64,000 nt of DNA from Synechococcus sp. UW140 (GTDB lineage: Bacteria; Cyanobacteriota; Cyanobacteriia; PCC-6307; Cyanobiaceae). Under the pieces are notes generated by a model. The model was not told the DNA's origin and ran no database searches. It worked only from the letters and a program-made list of their open reading frames with translations. Shown in pieces: positions 48,176 through 57,105 of the stretch (its first letter is position 1; the number at the start of each line of letters is the position of its first letter). The DNA is taken from the NCBI GenBank assembly GCA_943372025.1, contig CALRXC020000002.1, positions 24,560 to 88,559 of the forward strand. The letters run 5' to 3'. Both the position numbers and the translations under genes were made by a program.

Positions 48176-49276
48176 ATGCATGCAACTCATCGTCGACTGA
48201 GCATTGTTCTTCCGACATCCAACGAGCGATCCAATATCAATGCCATTACCCTTCAGCTGTTGCCTCTTCAGAGCCATCATCAACTTGAAATTCTCTTTGT
48301 TGATGACGACTCTGCCGATGGCAGCGCCGATCTTATTGTTGAACTGGCTCAACATCATCCCTGCATCAGGCTGATCCGCCGTGTGGGCCGCTATGGCCTC
48401 TCCAGTGCAATCAAGGAGGGCGTTCTTAATGCCACGGGCGATGTCGTGGTGGTGATGGACAGCGATGGCCAGCACGAACCCGACGCCGTGGAAAGCGCCG
48501 TTAAGACTTTGCTCAACAAGGACCTCGATCTGGTGGTGGGCAGCCGATTTCATGCCGCTGCCAAAATCCATGGACTCAGCAAACAGCGGGAGCGCAATTC
48601 CACTTGGGCCAACGCGATGGCCCGCTTCAGTTTGCCCAACTATCGCCAGCTTACCGATTATATGAGCGGCTTCTTTGCCCTGCGAGCTGCCACCTGTTTG
48701 CCCTTCGTGCGCCAGGTGGAGGTGGGGGGATTCAAGTTTCTCTATGAACTCCTCGCCCTCAGCCATGGCCAGCTCAGGGTGGCCGAGGTCCCGCTCCAGT
48801 TCCAACCGCGAATCAGTGGCGAATCCAAGCTTGATTTGGCGATTGTGTGGGATCTTTGGGTTTCAATTCTCCACACCCTGCTGCTGCGGAGTGTGCCCCG
48901 CCGGGCGATCAGTTTTGGCCTGGTGGGCGCCAGCGGGATTTTGGTTCAATTGGCGGTGAATCAGGTACTTATGGCGCTCGGCCTGGGCTTTGAGCAGGCC
49001 CTGCCGCCGGCGGTGATCGTGGCCGCCAGCTCCAACTACCTGATCAACAATGTACTCACCTTCCGTTTTCAGCGCCAGAAGGGTCTGGCGCTGGTGCGGG
49101 GGTTGCTGAAGTTTCTTGTGGTCGCCTCCCTTCCGGTGCTTGCCAATGTGGGGGTGACTTCCGCCTTCTATTCCCTCGTTACCCGCGACACGTTCCTGGC
49201 CCAACTGGTGGGCATTGTGGTGGTCTTTGTCTGGAACTACGCGGCTTCCTCACGGTTTGTCTGGAACAGCCCCTAA
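48176..49276 (+). CDS. GT2 polyprenol-phosphate glycosyltransferase (DPM1/GtrB-like) fused to a GtrA-like flippase domain
   Basis: IVLPTSNE, VDDDSADGS, MDSDGQH, VVGSRF and DYMSGFF. C-terminal four-TM GtrA-like segment (FGLVG...NYLINNVLTF...WNY...RFVW). Confidence 0.92.
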   Translation: MHATHRRLSIVLPTSNERSNINAITLQLLPLQSHHQLEILFVDDDSADGSADLIVELAQHHPCIRLIRRVGRYGLSSAIKEGVLNATGDVVVVMDSDGQHEPDAVESAVKTLLNKDLDLVVGSRFHAAAKIHGLSKQRERNSTWANAMARFSLPNYRQLTDYMSGFFALRAATCLPFVRQVEVGGFKFLYELLALSHGQLRVAEVPLQFQPRISGESKLDLAIVWDLWVSILHTLLLRSVPRRAISFGLVGASGILVQLAVNQVLMALGLGFEQALPPAVIVAASSNYLINNVLTFRFQRQKGLALVRGLLKFLVVASLPVLANVGVTSAFYSLVTRDTFLAQLVGIVVVFVWNYAASSRFVWNSP

Positions 49277-49390
49277 CAATCAAGATCAACAGAGTTGAAG
49301 CGAACTCACTACTTCGAACTCTGACGGGAACCCCGCATCAGCTCTGCAGACTGGTCTCTGCCATTCTGGTTCAGCAAGGTCTCTTTCTCG

Positions 49391-50902
49391 ATGGATCAGT
49401 TTCGCCAACTGCAACCGTTCAGGAGACTCAACGCCCTCGCCGGTTCCGAAACGGCGGCCCGCCTTCTGGCATTGGTGCTCCTCTTGGCGCTCGTGCGGCT
49501 GCTCACGTTGGGGTCTTATCCCCTCATGGACACGACCGAGGCTCGCTACGCCGAGATCTCCAGAGTCATGGTGGAGCGCAACGACTGGATCACACCCTGG
49601 AACGATGCGACAACACCGTTCTGGGGGAAGCCGCCCCTGGCCTTCTGGCTCACGGCGCTCGGGCTGCGGCTGTTCGGGATCAACGAGTTCGCAGCCCGCC
49701 TCCCTCACTGGGTGATGGGTTTGGCCACAGCCTGGCTGGTCTGGTCGCTTGGAGTTCGCCGCTCACGCCGGGAAGGCGTGATCGCCCTTGCCCTGCTTTG
49801 GGGTTCGCTGATGTTCCTGGCATCGGCGGGGTCGGTCATGACCGACATGGCCCTGACCCTGGCCGTCACCATCTCGATGCGAGCGTTCTGGTTGACGGCC
49901 CACGGAGAGGCGTCGGAAAGGAGCCGCGAACGCTGGCTATTCTTTGTTGGTCTGGCCCTGGGCCTGCTGGCCAAGGGACCGATTGCCTTGGTTTTCGTCT
50001 TGCTGCCCACGGGCCTCTGGACGATTCTCTCGGGTCAGGCCAGATTGATTCTCCCCCGATTTCCGTGGCTCAAGGGACTCCTACTCACCCTGCTGATCGC
50101 CCTGCCCTGGTATTTTCTCGCGGAGCAGAGAACACCCGGCTTCCTCGATTATTTTCTACTTGGTGAGCATTGGCATCGCTTCGTGACTCCCGGTTGGGAT
50201 GGAGACCGCTATGGGGTGGCCCACAAGTATCCGCGCGGAACCATCTGGTTGTTCCTTCTTGTCGATGTCCTGCCCTGGTCGCTGCTGCTGCCTTCCATGG
50301 TGTTGCTGATCCGAAGGGGAAGGCGAGCGATGGCGGAAAGCTTCGCCATTGATCCTTCCTGGCGCTCCTACCTTCTGTTCTGGGGACTCGCGCCTGCCGT
50401 GTTCTTCAGCTTCGCGGGGAACATCCTCTGGCCCTATGTCCTGCCGGGAGTCCCGGGGCTAGCCCTTCTCGGCGCCTCCTGGCTCCACCGCTGGCCTGCG
50501 CGGACGAGCATCGATCGTCTGCTCATGGGCGCCATCGCGTTCATGCTCCTACTCAGCCTGGCCTTTCCAATCGTCTGCCACAGAGCGGCCATCGCCACGA
50601 ACAATTCGGCCAAGGCAGTTGTGGAAACCTATCTTTCTTTACGGCGGCAGGGCGAGGCTATTCTATTCATCAAACGCCCCTTTTCAGCCTCGTTCTACAG
50701 TCTGGGATCAGCCGAGCAGGTGGGCGATGCCGAAGAACTGCAGCGGCGACTCGATGAATCGTCCCGCGATTTTATCGTGCTTCAACGGCGGCAGATCGAA
50801 GCTCTTCCGCCTGCCCTTGTTGGCAGGATCCAAATGATTCGCTCCTTCGGACGTTATACTTTATTTGCGGAGAAGGAGCCATCAATGAACGCACTTCCCT
50901 GA
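49391..50902 (+). CDS. ArnT/PMT-like (GT-C fold) integral membrane glycosyltransferase
   Basis: DTTEARYAEISRVM, W..P......FWGKPPL, INEFAARLP, TDM, LAKGP and LPW, with many TM segments. Confidence 0.9.
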   Translation: MDQFRQLQPFRRLNALAGSETAARLLALVLLLALVRLLTLGSYPLMDTTEARYAEISRVMVERNDWITPWNDATTPFWGKPPLAFWLTALGLRLFGINEFAARLPHWVMGLATAWLVWSLGVRRSRREGVIALALLWGSLMFLASAGSVMTDMALTLAVTISMRAFWLTAHGEASERSRERWLFFVGLALGLLAKGPIALVFVLLPTGLWTILSGQARLILPRFPWLKGLLLTLLIALPWYFLAEQRTPGFLDYFLLGEHWHRFVTPGWDGDRYGVAHKYPRGTIWLFLLVDVLPWSLLLPSMVLLIRRGRRAMAESFAIDPSWRSYLLFWGLAPAVFFSFAGNILWPYVLPGVPGLALLGASWLHRWPARTSIDRLLMGAIAFMLLLSLAFPIVCHRAAIATNNSAKAVVETYLSLRRQGEAILFIKRPFSASFYSLGSAEQVGDAEELQRRLDESSRDFIVLQRRQIEALPPALVGRIQMIRSFGRYTLFAEKEPSMNALP

Positions 50903-51120
50903 TCGCTTTCGCTCCATCTTGACCCATCCATTCCTGCCCTTGGCAGACCACTGCATCGCAGCGCTTCATCGGTCCCTTTCTCCCGAAGCCGCCGGGAGAG
51001 TTCATGGGTGCTGCGGCACAGTGGCCGCTGCCTCGGCCTGTCGTCCACCGCCATCATTTGGCTGGCAAGCCAGGATCAACAGAAGTTCTGGCGTGTGTCC
51101 CTGGCTTCCCACCCCACCCC

Positions 51121-51756
51121 ATGACCCTTCCCCTGCGCCCGCGCGATTGGATCGTTGTGGCCCTGGCCATCGCTGGGCTGCTGCTGCTGGGGCAACTGGT
51201 GGCAGGTGAGGATCCGCTGCCCTTTGATGCCGCCCTACTCAAGGAGGTAGGCCATCTGCCGGGCCCCCTGCGGCTGACCCTGCTGCAGATCTACCGGATG
51301 AGCGGGGTCGGGTTCACCGGCGCCCTGGTGCTGGCGGCCCTGATCTACCTGATCCGCAAGCGCTGGTGGTTGGATCTTCGCCTGCTGATGGTGGCCACCG
51401 GTGGCATCCTCGGGATTGTGGACATCTGGCTCAAACCCCTCTTCGACCGCGCCCGTCCCCATGAAAAGTTGCTGGTGGTGGATGGCCACAGCTTTCCCAG
51501 TGGCCATGCGGCCGGATCGGTGGCATTTTATTTCGCGATGGTGGCGATCCTTTCGCTCCACTACCCGCGCCTGCGCCTGCCCCTCACGCTTGGTGCCCTC
51601 ATCTGGACCGCCCTGGTCTGGCTGAGCACCCTGGTAGCCCGGGCCCACTGGCCCACCGACCTGCTGGCCGGCGGAGCGGTGGGCCTGGCCTGGCTCACGA
51701 TCTGCCTGGCCTTCTGGCGCGGCGCCCAGTCCCCGGCAAACCGGCAGCCCCATTGA
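51121..51756 (+). CDS. PAP2-family lipid/undecaprenyl pyrophosphate phosphatase
   Basis: K...DRARP, SFPSGHA and AHWPTD motifs. The canonical SR of motif 3 appears as ST. Confidence 0.88.
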   Translation: MTLPLRPRDWIVVALAIAGLLLLGQLVAGEDPLPFDAALLKEVGHLPGPLRLTLLQIYRMSGVGFTGALVLAALIYLIRKRWWLDLRLLMVATGGILGIVDIWLKPLFDRARPHEKLLVVDGHSFPSGHAAGSVAFYFAMVAILSLHYPRLRLPLTLGALIWTALVWLSTLVARAHWPTDLLAGGAVGLAWLTICLAFWRGAQSPANRQPH

Positions 51757-51805
51757 GCCCTCGGCAAGAACCTTTTCCCCACTCGGTCTGGGGGGCGGCG
51801 CCAAA

Positions 51806-52309
51806 GTGGTGGCTCACGCCCGCCCATCGTTGAGCCAACCTGCGTCCTCCTTCCCAGTGGAGATAGAAGCAATCGCGAAAGAAGCAAGCTCCTCTTCCTT
51901 GCCCCAGCCGAAGGCAGCGGCAGCGACGCCTCGGCTGAACGCGCTGCGGGGCGAACGAACGGCACCGGATCTCACAGAGAGCGAACGCCAGGAACTGCGG
52001 GCTGAACTTCATCGGGCCCTGCAGAGCTGCCCCTGGTTCACCATCGGGGTGATGGCTCCCACAGCAACGGCCGCAATCGAGGCCCTGCGCCGCTGTGAGC
52101 AAGCCCTGGGCTGGCCGGCACTGGCAGCCGACGGCTTTGGCGCGGCGGCGATCGAGGGGGCCGTTTTCCTCAAGGGGAATCAACGCTCCGGCACCTTTGT
52201 GATCCGCCAGGAGAACGGCCTTGGGGTCGGGGTGCTGATCAGTGGCCAGAACTCCGAGCAGCCGGAACTGGCCGACACCTGGGGCCCCCTGCCCCTGGAT
52301 CTGCTCTGA
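51806..52309 (+). CDS. DUF1824-like cyanobacterial protein
   Basis: WFTIGVMAP, ALGW, GAVFLKGNQRSG and G.GVLISGQ...TWGPLPLDL. Confidence 0.75.
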   Translation: MVAHARPSLSQPASSFPVEIEAIAKEASSSSLPQPKAAAATPRLNALRGERTAPDLTESERQELRAELHRALQSCPWFTIGVMAPTATAAIEALRRCEQALGWPALAADGFGAAAIEGAVFLKGNQRSGTFVIRQENGLGVGVLISGQNSEQPELADTWGPLPLDLL

Positions 52310-52428
52310 GCCGGCGGTGGCTTCCCATCAACTGATCACGCTCCCGCCCCAGGGAGCAAGCCAAAACGACGGGTCCGTAGGCTGGATAGCTGTAATCCGG
52401 CGGCTGCGACCGCCTCTACCGGGTCCCG

Positions 52429-53424
52429 ATGTCCAGCTCCACCGGCGTTGTTGCCCCTTCCGGTCCGCGCACCCTGCGGATCGCGTCCCGACGCAGCCAG
52501 CTGGCCATGGTCCAGACCCACTGGGTGCGCGACGAGCTGCGGGGAGCCCATCCCGACCTCAGCATCAGCATCGAAGCCATGGCCACCCAGGGCGACAAGA
52601 TCCTGGATGTGGCCCTGGCCAAGATCGGCGATAAGGGCCTGTTCACCAAGGAACTGGAGGCCCAGATGCTGGTGGACCGGGCCGACATCGCCGTCCACAG
52701 CCTCAAGGACCTACCCACGAACCTGCCGGAGGGCCTGATGCTCGGCTGCATCACGGAGCGTGAGGATCCCGCCGATGCCCTGGTGGTGCACGCCAGACAC
52801 CAGGACAGGACCCTGGCCACCCTGCCGGAGGGGGCGGTGGTGGGCACCAGTTCCCTGCGCCGCCTGGCCCAGTTGCGCCATCACTACCCCCACCTTGAAT
52901 TCAAGGATGTGCGCGGCAATGTGATCACCCGACTTGAGAAGCTCGACAGCGGCGCATACGACTGCCTGATCCTGGCGGCCGCCGGCTTGGGCCGCCTGGG
53001 CCTTGCCGATCGCATCCATGAACTGATCGACCCCACCATCTCCCTCCATGCGGTGGGTCAGGGCGCCCTTGGCATCGAGTGCCGCGATGGGGATGCCACG
53101 GTGTTGGAGCTGATCCAGGTGCTGGAGCATCGCCCCACTGCCCTGCGCTGCCGGGCCGAACGGGCCTTCCTGCGGGAGCTGGAGGGGGGCTGCCAGGTGC
53201 CGATCGGCGTGAATACCCGCTTCAGCTCTCCGGAGGCCGGAGGCGATCTGGTGCTCACCGGCATGGTGGCCAGCCTCGATGGCAAGCGCCTGATCCGCGA
53301 TGAGGTGAGCGGTGCCCAGGTGGATCCCGAAGCCCTCGGCATCAAGCTGGCCCGCAGGCTGCGGGAGCAGGGTGCCGGCCCGATCCTGGAGGAAATCTTT
53401 GCCACCGTCCGCCCCGAAGCCTGA
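52429..53424 (+). CDS. hemC: Hydroxymethylbilane synthase (porphobilinogen deaminase)
   Basis: [48 protein letters not shown] and [10 protein letters not shown]. Confidence 0.98.
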   Translation: MSSSTGVVAPSGPRTLRIASRRSQLAMVQTHWVRDELRGAHPDLSISIEAMATQGDKILDVALAKIGDKGLFTKELEAQMLVDRADIAVHSLKDLPTNLPEGLMLGCITEREDPADALVVHARHQDRTLATLPEGAVVGTSSLRRLAQLRHHYPHLEFKDVRGNVITRLEKLDSGAYDCLILAAAGLGRLGLADRIHELIDPTISLHAVGQGALGIECRDGDATVLELIQVLEHRPTALRCRAERAFLRELEGGCQVPIGVNTRFSSPEAGGDLVLTGMVASLDGKRLIRDEVSGAQVDPEALGIKLARRLREQGAGPILEEIFATVRPEA

Positions 53425-53431
53425 ATCCGCC

Positions 53432-55444
53432 GTGGTGGAGGGCTCCCCCCCAAGGCCCACGACGAGTAGGTCCCGACCCTTCCAGTGGAATCTGCTGGCT
53501 TGGGCGGCCCTGGTTGGCACCCTCACGGGATTCACGATCGTCGGCTTCCACCTGTTGCTGGAGTTCATCAACAACTTCCTCTATGGACCCTTCGTGGAGG
53601 GGCTGCTGGAGATCGCCAGGTCACCGATCGCCACCGCAGCCACCACCACCGCCGTCCCCCTTCCCTCACTCGATGCGGACAGCGGCACCCCGCTGAAATC
53701 GCTGCTGCAGCTTGGACTCGATGGCATCGGCTTCCTGGCCCAGCGGGATCCGGCCCCCGCACCGGCGGGCCCGACCTTGCCCAGCCCCCCCGATTGGCTG
53801 GCTCTTTGGCCCGTGGTGGTGGTGCCCACCCTGGGCGGACTCGCGGTGGGGCTGCTGCGCTGGCTGAGCGGCAACCTCGGCCCGGGCCTGCCCAGCCTGA
53901 TGGCCATGGCCGATGGGGCCGTGGCCTCTACCCCCAGGCTGCCCCACCTGCGGCTTCTGGCGGCCTCCCTGAGCCTGGGAAGTGGCGCCTCCCTCGGGCC
54001 TGAGGGGCCGAGTGTCGAGAGCGGCGGCAACCTGGGGCTTTGGGTGGCCGAGCGGGGAGGCCTCGTTCCGGAGGCGCGCCGAGCCCTGGTGGCGGCCGGT
54101 GTGGCGGCAGGCCTGGCTGCCGGTTTCAAGGCCCCGATCGCCGGCGTGTTCTTCGCCTTCGAGGGCAACTTCAGCGGCACGCTCGGGCGACCCAGTCTGC
54201 GGGCGGTGCTGGTGGCGGCGGTGGCCTCCGCCCTGGTCACCCAGCTCTGCCTCGGCGACGATCCGATCCTGCGGCTGCCGGCCTACGAGGTGCGCTCCCC
54301 CTGGGAACTACCGCTTTATCTGGGGCTGGGGCTGCTGGCGAGCCTGATGTCGTGGGCCCTGATCCGCCTGATGGCCCTCGGCCGCGACCCCCGGCTTCAG
54401 AAGCTGCTCGGAAATCTGCCGCCCGGCCTGGCCACGGCCGCCGGTGGTGCCGCCGTCGGCGGCATGGCCCTGGTGTTTCCCCAAGTGCTGGGAGTGGGCT
54501 ACGACACGATCGAGGCCCTATTGGGCAGTGACGGTGGCATCCCCCTGGTCACCCTGTTGCTGCTGATTGGGGTGAAGCTCGTAGCCACGGCGCTCAGCAA
54601 TGCCACCGGTTTCGTGGGCGGTGGCTTCGCCCCGGCCCTAGTTCTGGGTGCGGTCATGGGCAACGCCTATGGCCAGCTCCTGGGGGAGGGTGGCTTTCAT
54701 CTTCCGGTGGCCGAACCCCCCGCCTACGCCATGGTGGGCATGGCGGCGGTGCTCGCCGGCAGCGCCCGCGCTCCGCTCACCGCCCTGCTGCTGCTGTTTG
54801 AACTCACCCGCGACATCCGCATCGTGCTGCCGCTGATGGCGGCGGCCGGCCTGAGTGCCGCTCTGGTGGAGCGCTGGCAGGGTTTCGACAACGCCGGCCT
54901 TGTCGGCGCCGATCCGATCGAGGAGCGACGCAGGGCTCGCCTGGCAGCCCTTTCGGTGCGCGAAGCCTTCGAACCCACGGCGCCTCTGGTGCTGCCGGCC
55001 GACACTTCAGCCTCCGATGCCCTAGCGCAACTGGTACAGGCCCACGGCCACGCCCTGTTGGTGATGGAGAACGAGCAGGTGATCGGCCTGGTCAGCCTGC
55101 AGGATCTGCAACGGGGCCTGTCCGCAGCCGAGGAGGGCCGGGCCGAAGCACTGTCGCTCGGAGCTTGCCGCCGAGGCGACCTGCAGTGGCTGCCGGTGAG
55201 CGCACAGCTGGACCGACTCGAAGACCAGCTCCTGCCGGGGGGCCTGCGGCAGATCCCGGTGTTTGCGGTGGAGGAGAGCACCGTCGGCTATCTTCCCCAC
55301 GGCCTGCCTGCCGGTGGCCTGCCGGTATCCGCCCTCCAGGGGGTAGCGAGCCGGGATGGGCTGGCCTGGGCACTCGCCCGCCAGCTTCAGCAGCGTCCCT
55401 TTGAAAAATCAGCCACCAAGGCTTCAGCCACCGGATCGGACTGA
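53432..55444 (+). CDS. ClC-family anion channel/transporter with degenerate CBS domains
   Basis: GPGLP, LGPEGP, AAGFKAPIAG, GGGFAP and RAPLTALLLLFELT, followed by a CBS-like tail. Confidence 0.92.
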   Translation: MVEGSPPRPTTSRSRPFQWNLLAWAALVGTLTGFTIVGFHLLLEFINNFLYGPFVEGLLEIARSPIATAATTTAVPLPSLDADSGTPLKSLLQLGLDGIGFLAQRDPAPAPAGPTLPSPPDWLALWPVVVVPTLGGLAVGLLRWLSGNLGPGLPSLMAMADGAVASTPRLPHLRLLAASLSLGSGASLGPEGPSVESGGNLGLWVAERGGLVPEARRALVAAGVAAGLAAGFKAPIAGVFFAFEGNFSGTLGRPSLRAVLVAAVASALVTQLCLGDDPILRLPAYEVRSPWELPLYLGLGLLASLMSWALIRLMALGRDPRLQKLLGNLPPGLATAAGGAAVGGMALVFPQVLGVGYDTIEALLGSDGGIPLVTLLLLIGVKLVATALSNATGFVGGGFAPALVLGAVMGNAYGQLLGEGGFHLPVAEPPAYAMVGMAAVLAGSARAPLTALLLLFELTRDIRIVLPLMAAAGLSAALVERWQGFDNAGLVGADPIEERRRARLAALSVREAFEPTAPLVLPADTSASDALAQLVQAHGHALLVMENEQVIGLVSLQDLQRGLSAAEEGRAEALSLGACRRGDLQWLPVSAQLDRLEDQLLPGGLRQIPVFAVEESTVGYLPHGLPAGGLPVSALQGVASRDGLAWALARQLQQRPFEKSATKASATGSD

Positions 55445-55560
55445 ACAAGAAGCTGAAGGATCCGATCCAGATCAAGCTTGGAGAGCTCCCCGTCCTGGCA
55501 CCACTTCAGCGATGTGCTGTTGAGGGGATCCGTGGTGCGTTGAGAACCAGAATGGGACAT
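55387..55560 (-). CDS. Small hypothetical protein (57 aa)
   Basis: DPLNSTSLKWCQDGELSKLDLDRILQLL. ATG at 55560, with a convergent overlap on the ClC 3' end. Confidence 0.55.
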   Translation of the reverse strand: MSHSGSQRTTDPLNSTSLKWCQDGELSKLDLDRILQLLVQSDPVAEALVADFSKGRC

Positions 55561-55698
55561 GGGAGTGGAGCTGTCGCGGGCGAGCGTCCAGCGGGCAGTC
55601 GGCAAAGATTAAGGTCAGGGAAGGCGAACTCAGCTCACTTCAGGGCTGATCTGCAGATTGTTTTCAACCTTTGCTGCAGAAGAGTTGCTTCGCTGCCA

Positions 55699-56328
55699 TC
55701 AGGGCTTCACCTCCACCGGCGTGCCCACATCAACCTGGTCGAACAGGGCGCGCACGTGGGGTCCCAGCATGCGCACGCAACCATGGGTCACCGCCGCACC
55801 CTGGTGCACCGCCCAAGCCCAGGCCGGGGGGGTGCCGTGGATACCGAACTGATCCTTGCTGGTGGCATGGAATCCGATCCAGCGATCACCCAGGGGGCCA
55901 TTGGCACCGATGGTTGGGTTGTTCTTGCCGCTCTTGGTGCTCTGGTACTGGGGATTGATCACCTTATTGCGGATGCTGAACACGCCTTTTGGGGTGGGAG
56001 TCGCGGGATCACCGATCGCCACGGGCCACTTGCCGAGAACCTTGCTTCCCTCCCACAGGCTGATCGTGCGCTTGCCGAGCTCCAGCACGATCTTTCGATT
56101 GCTGGCGGCCGTAGCCGCAGCGGTGGTGGCGGCGGGAGCCGGAACCACCGTCGGAGTAAGGGGCTGCTGCGAAAAAGGAGCGGTTGGGGCACGCCGGGAG
56201 GGGGTGGCCTCGATCGGTGGGAGGCTGGGCAGGGGCGGCAGCGGTTCGATCGCCTGAGCCCCTCTGCTGAGGCCAGCCAGGGAAACGGTGCTGAGGGCCA
56301 GGAGAGCGGCAATGGTGCGGTTCTTCAT
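55699..56328 (-). CDS. L,D-transpeptidase (YkuD family), secreted
   Basis: Signal peptide, WPVAIG...TPKG.F, GPLGDRWI, FGIHGT and THGCVRM (catalytic His and Cys). Confidence 0.93.
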   Translation of the reverse strand: MKNRTIAALLALSTVSLAGLSRGAQAIEPLPPLPSLPPIEATPSRRAPTAPFSQQPLTPTVVPAPAATTAAATAASNRKIVLELGKRTISLWEGSKVLGKWPVAIGDPATPTPKGVFSIRNKVINPQYQSTKSGKNNPTIGANGPLGDRWIGFHATSKDQFGIHGTPPAWAWAVHQGAAVTHGCVRMLGPHVRALFDQVDVGTPVEVKP

Positions 56329-56431
56329 GGCTGAACGGTGTCGGGCAGGGAGTGGAAAGCCCAGGGATCTGGCATGGGATGGACCAGACCTCGGCGCCGA
56401 AGGAGCGGATGAGAGACCTGGTCGCGACTGA

Positions 56432-57019
56432 TCAACCGACCAGCCTGGGTTCGATGGTGTTGGTATAGCGCGCTTCGCACACCTTGATAATGCGGACAGC
56501 TTCGGAACTGCCTTCAAAACCGTTCACGCGGCAGGTGCCGGGCTTCTTGAGGTCCTTGTAGTGCTCCCAGTAGTACTGGGTTTCCTTGAGCCAGTGGGCA
56601 CCGAGCTGCTCGTAGGAGGTGATGTGATCCATGCGCTTGTCATCCGCAAGCACCGCGATCACCTTGTCGTCGACCTCACCGCCGTCATCGAATTTCATGA
56701 TGCCGATGATGCGAGCCTCCACCAAGGAGCCGGGCACCAGCGGTTCGGTCACGCCCACGATCTCGATGTCGAGGGGATCGCCGTCCTCGTCCCAGGTGCG
56801 GGGGATGCAGCCGTAAGCGAAGGGATAGGCGAGGGAGGAGTAGCCGACCCGATCAAGCTTGAGGTGGCCGGTTTCGGTGATCAGCTCGTACTTGTTGATC
56901 GTGTTGGAGTTGAGCTCCACGATGGCGTTGAGCCGCAGCTCGGCCTCATCGGCGAAGGCCGGCAGCACGTGCAGCAGGTTCAGCATCGTGCGGCTGGGAG
57001 CGTGGTCGATGTTCGCCAT
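56432..57019 (-). CDS. ppa: Inorganic pyrophosphatase, family I (paralogue 2)
   Basis: NKYE, KLDRVGY, YPFAYG, DEDGDPLD, DDKVIAV and YKDLK. Confidence 0.95.
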   Translation of the reverse strand: MANIDHAPSRTMLNLLHVLPAFADEAELRLNAIVELNSNTINKYELITETGHLKLDRVGYSSLAYPFAYGCIPRTWDEDGDPLDIEIVGVTEPLVPGSLVEARIIGIMKFDDGGEVDDKVIAVLADDKRMDHITSYEQLGAHWLKETQYYWEHYKDLKKPGTCRVNGFEGSSEAVRIIKVCEARYTNTIEPRLVG

Positions 57020-57105
57020 GGGAGAGCGTTGCGCGGCGGCATCCTAAGGACAGCCCGGTCGGCGGTTCTATGGCGTACTCCGAAGCGGGAGCCCCCCCTG
57101 CCGGC

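Noticed and set aside
49286-49708. Minus-strand ORF inside the glycosylation cassette
   Set aside because: It is antisense to the ArnT-like gene and has no motifs.
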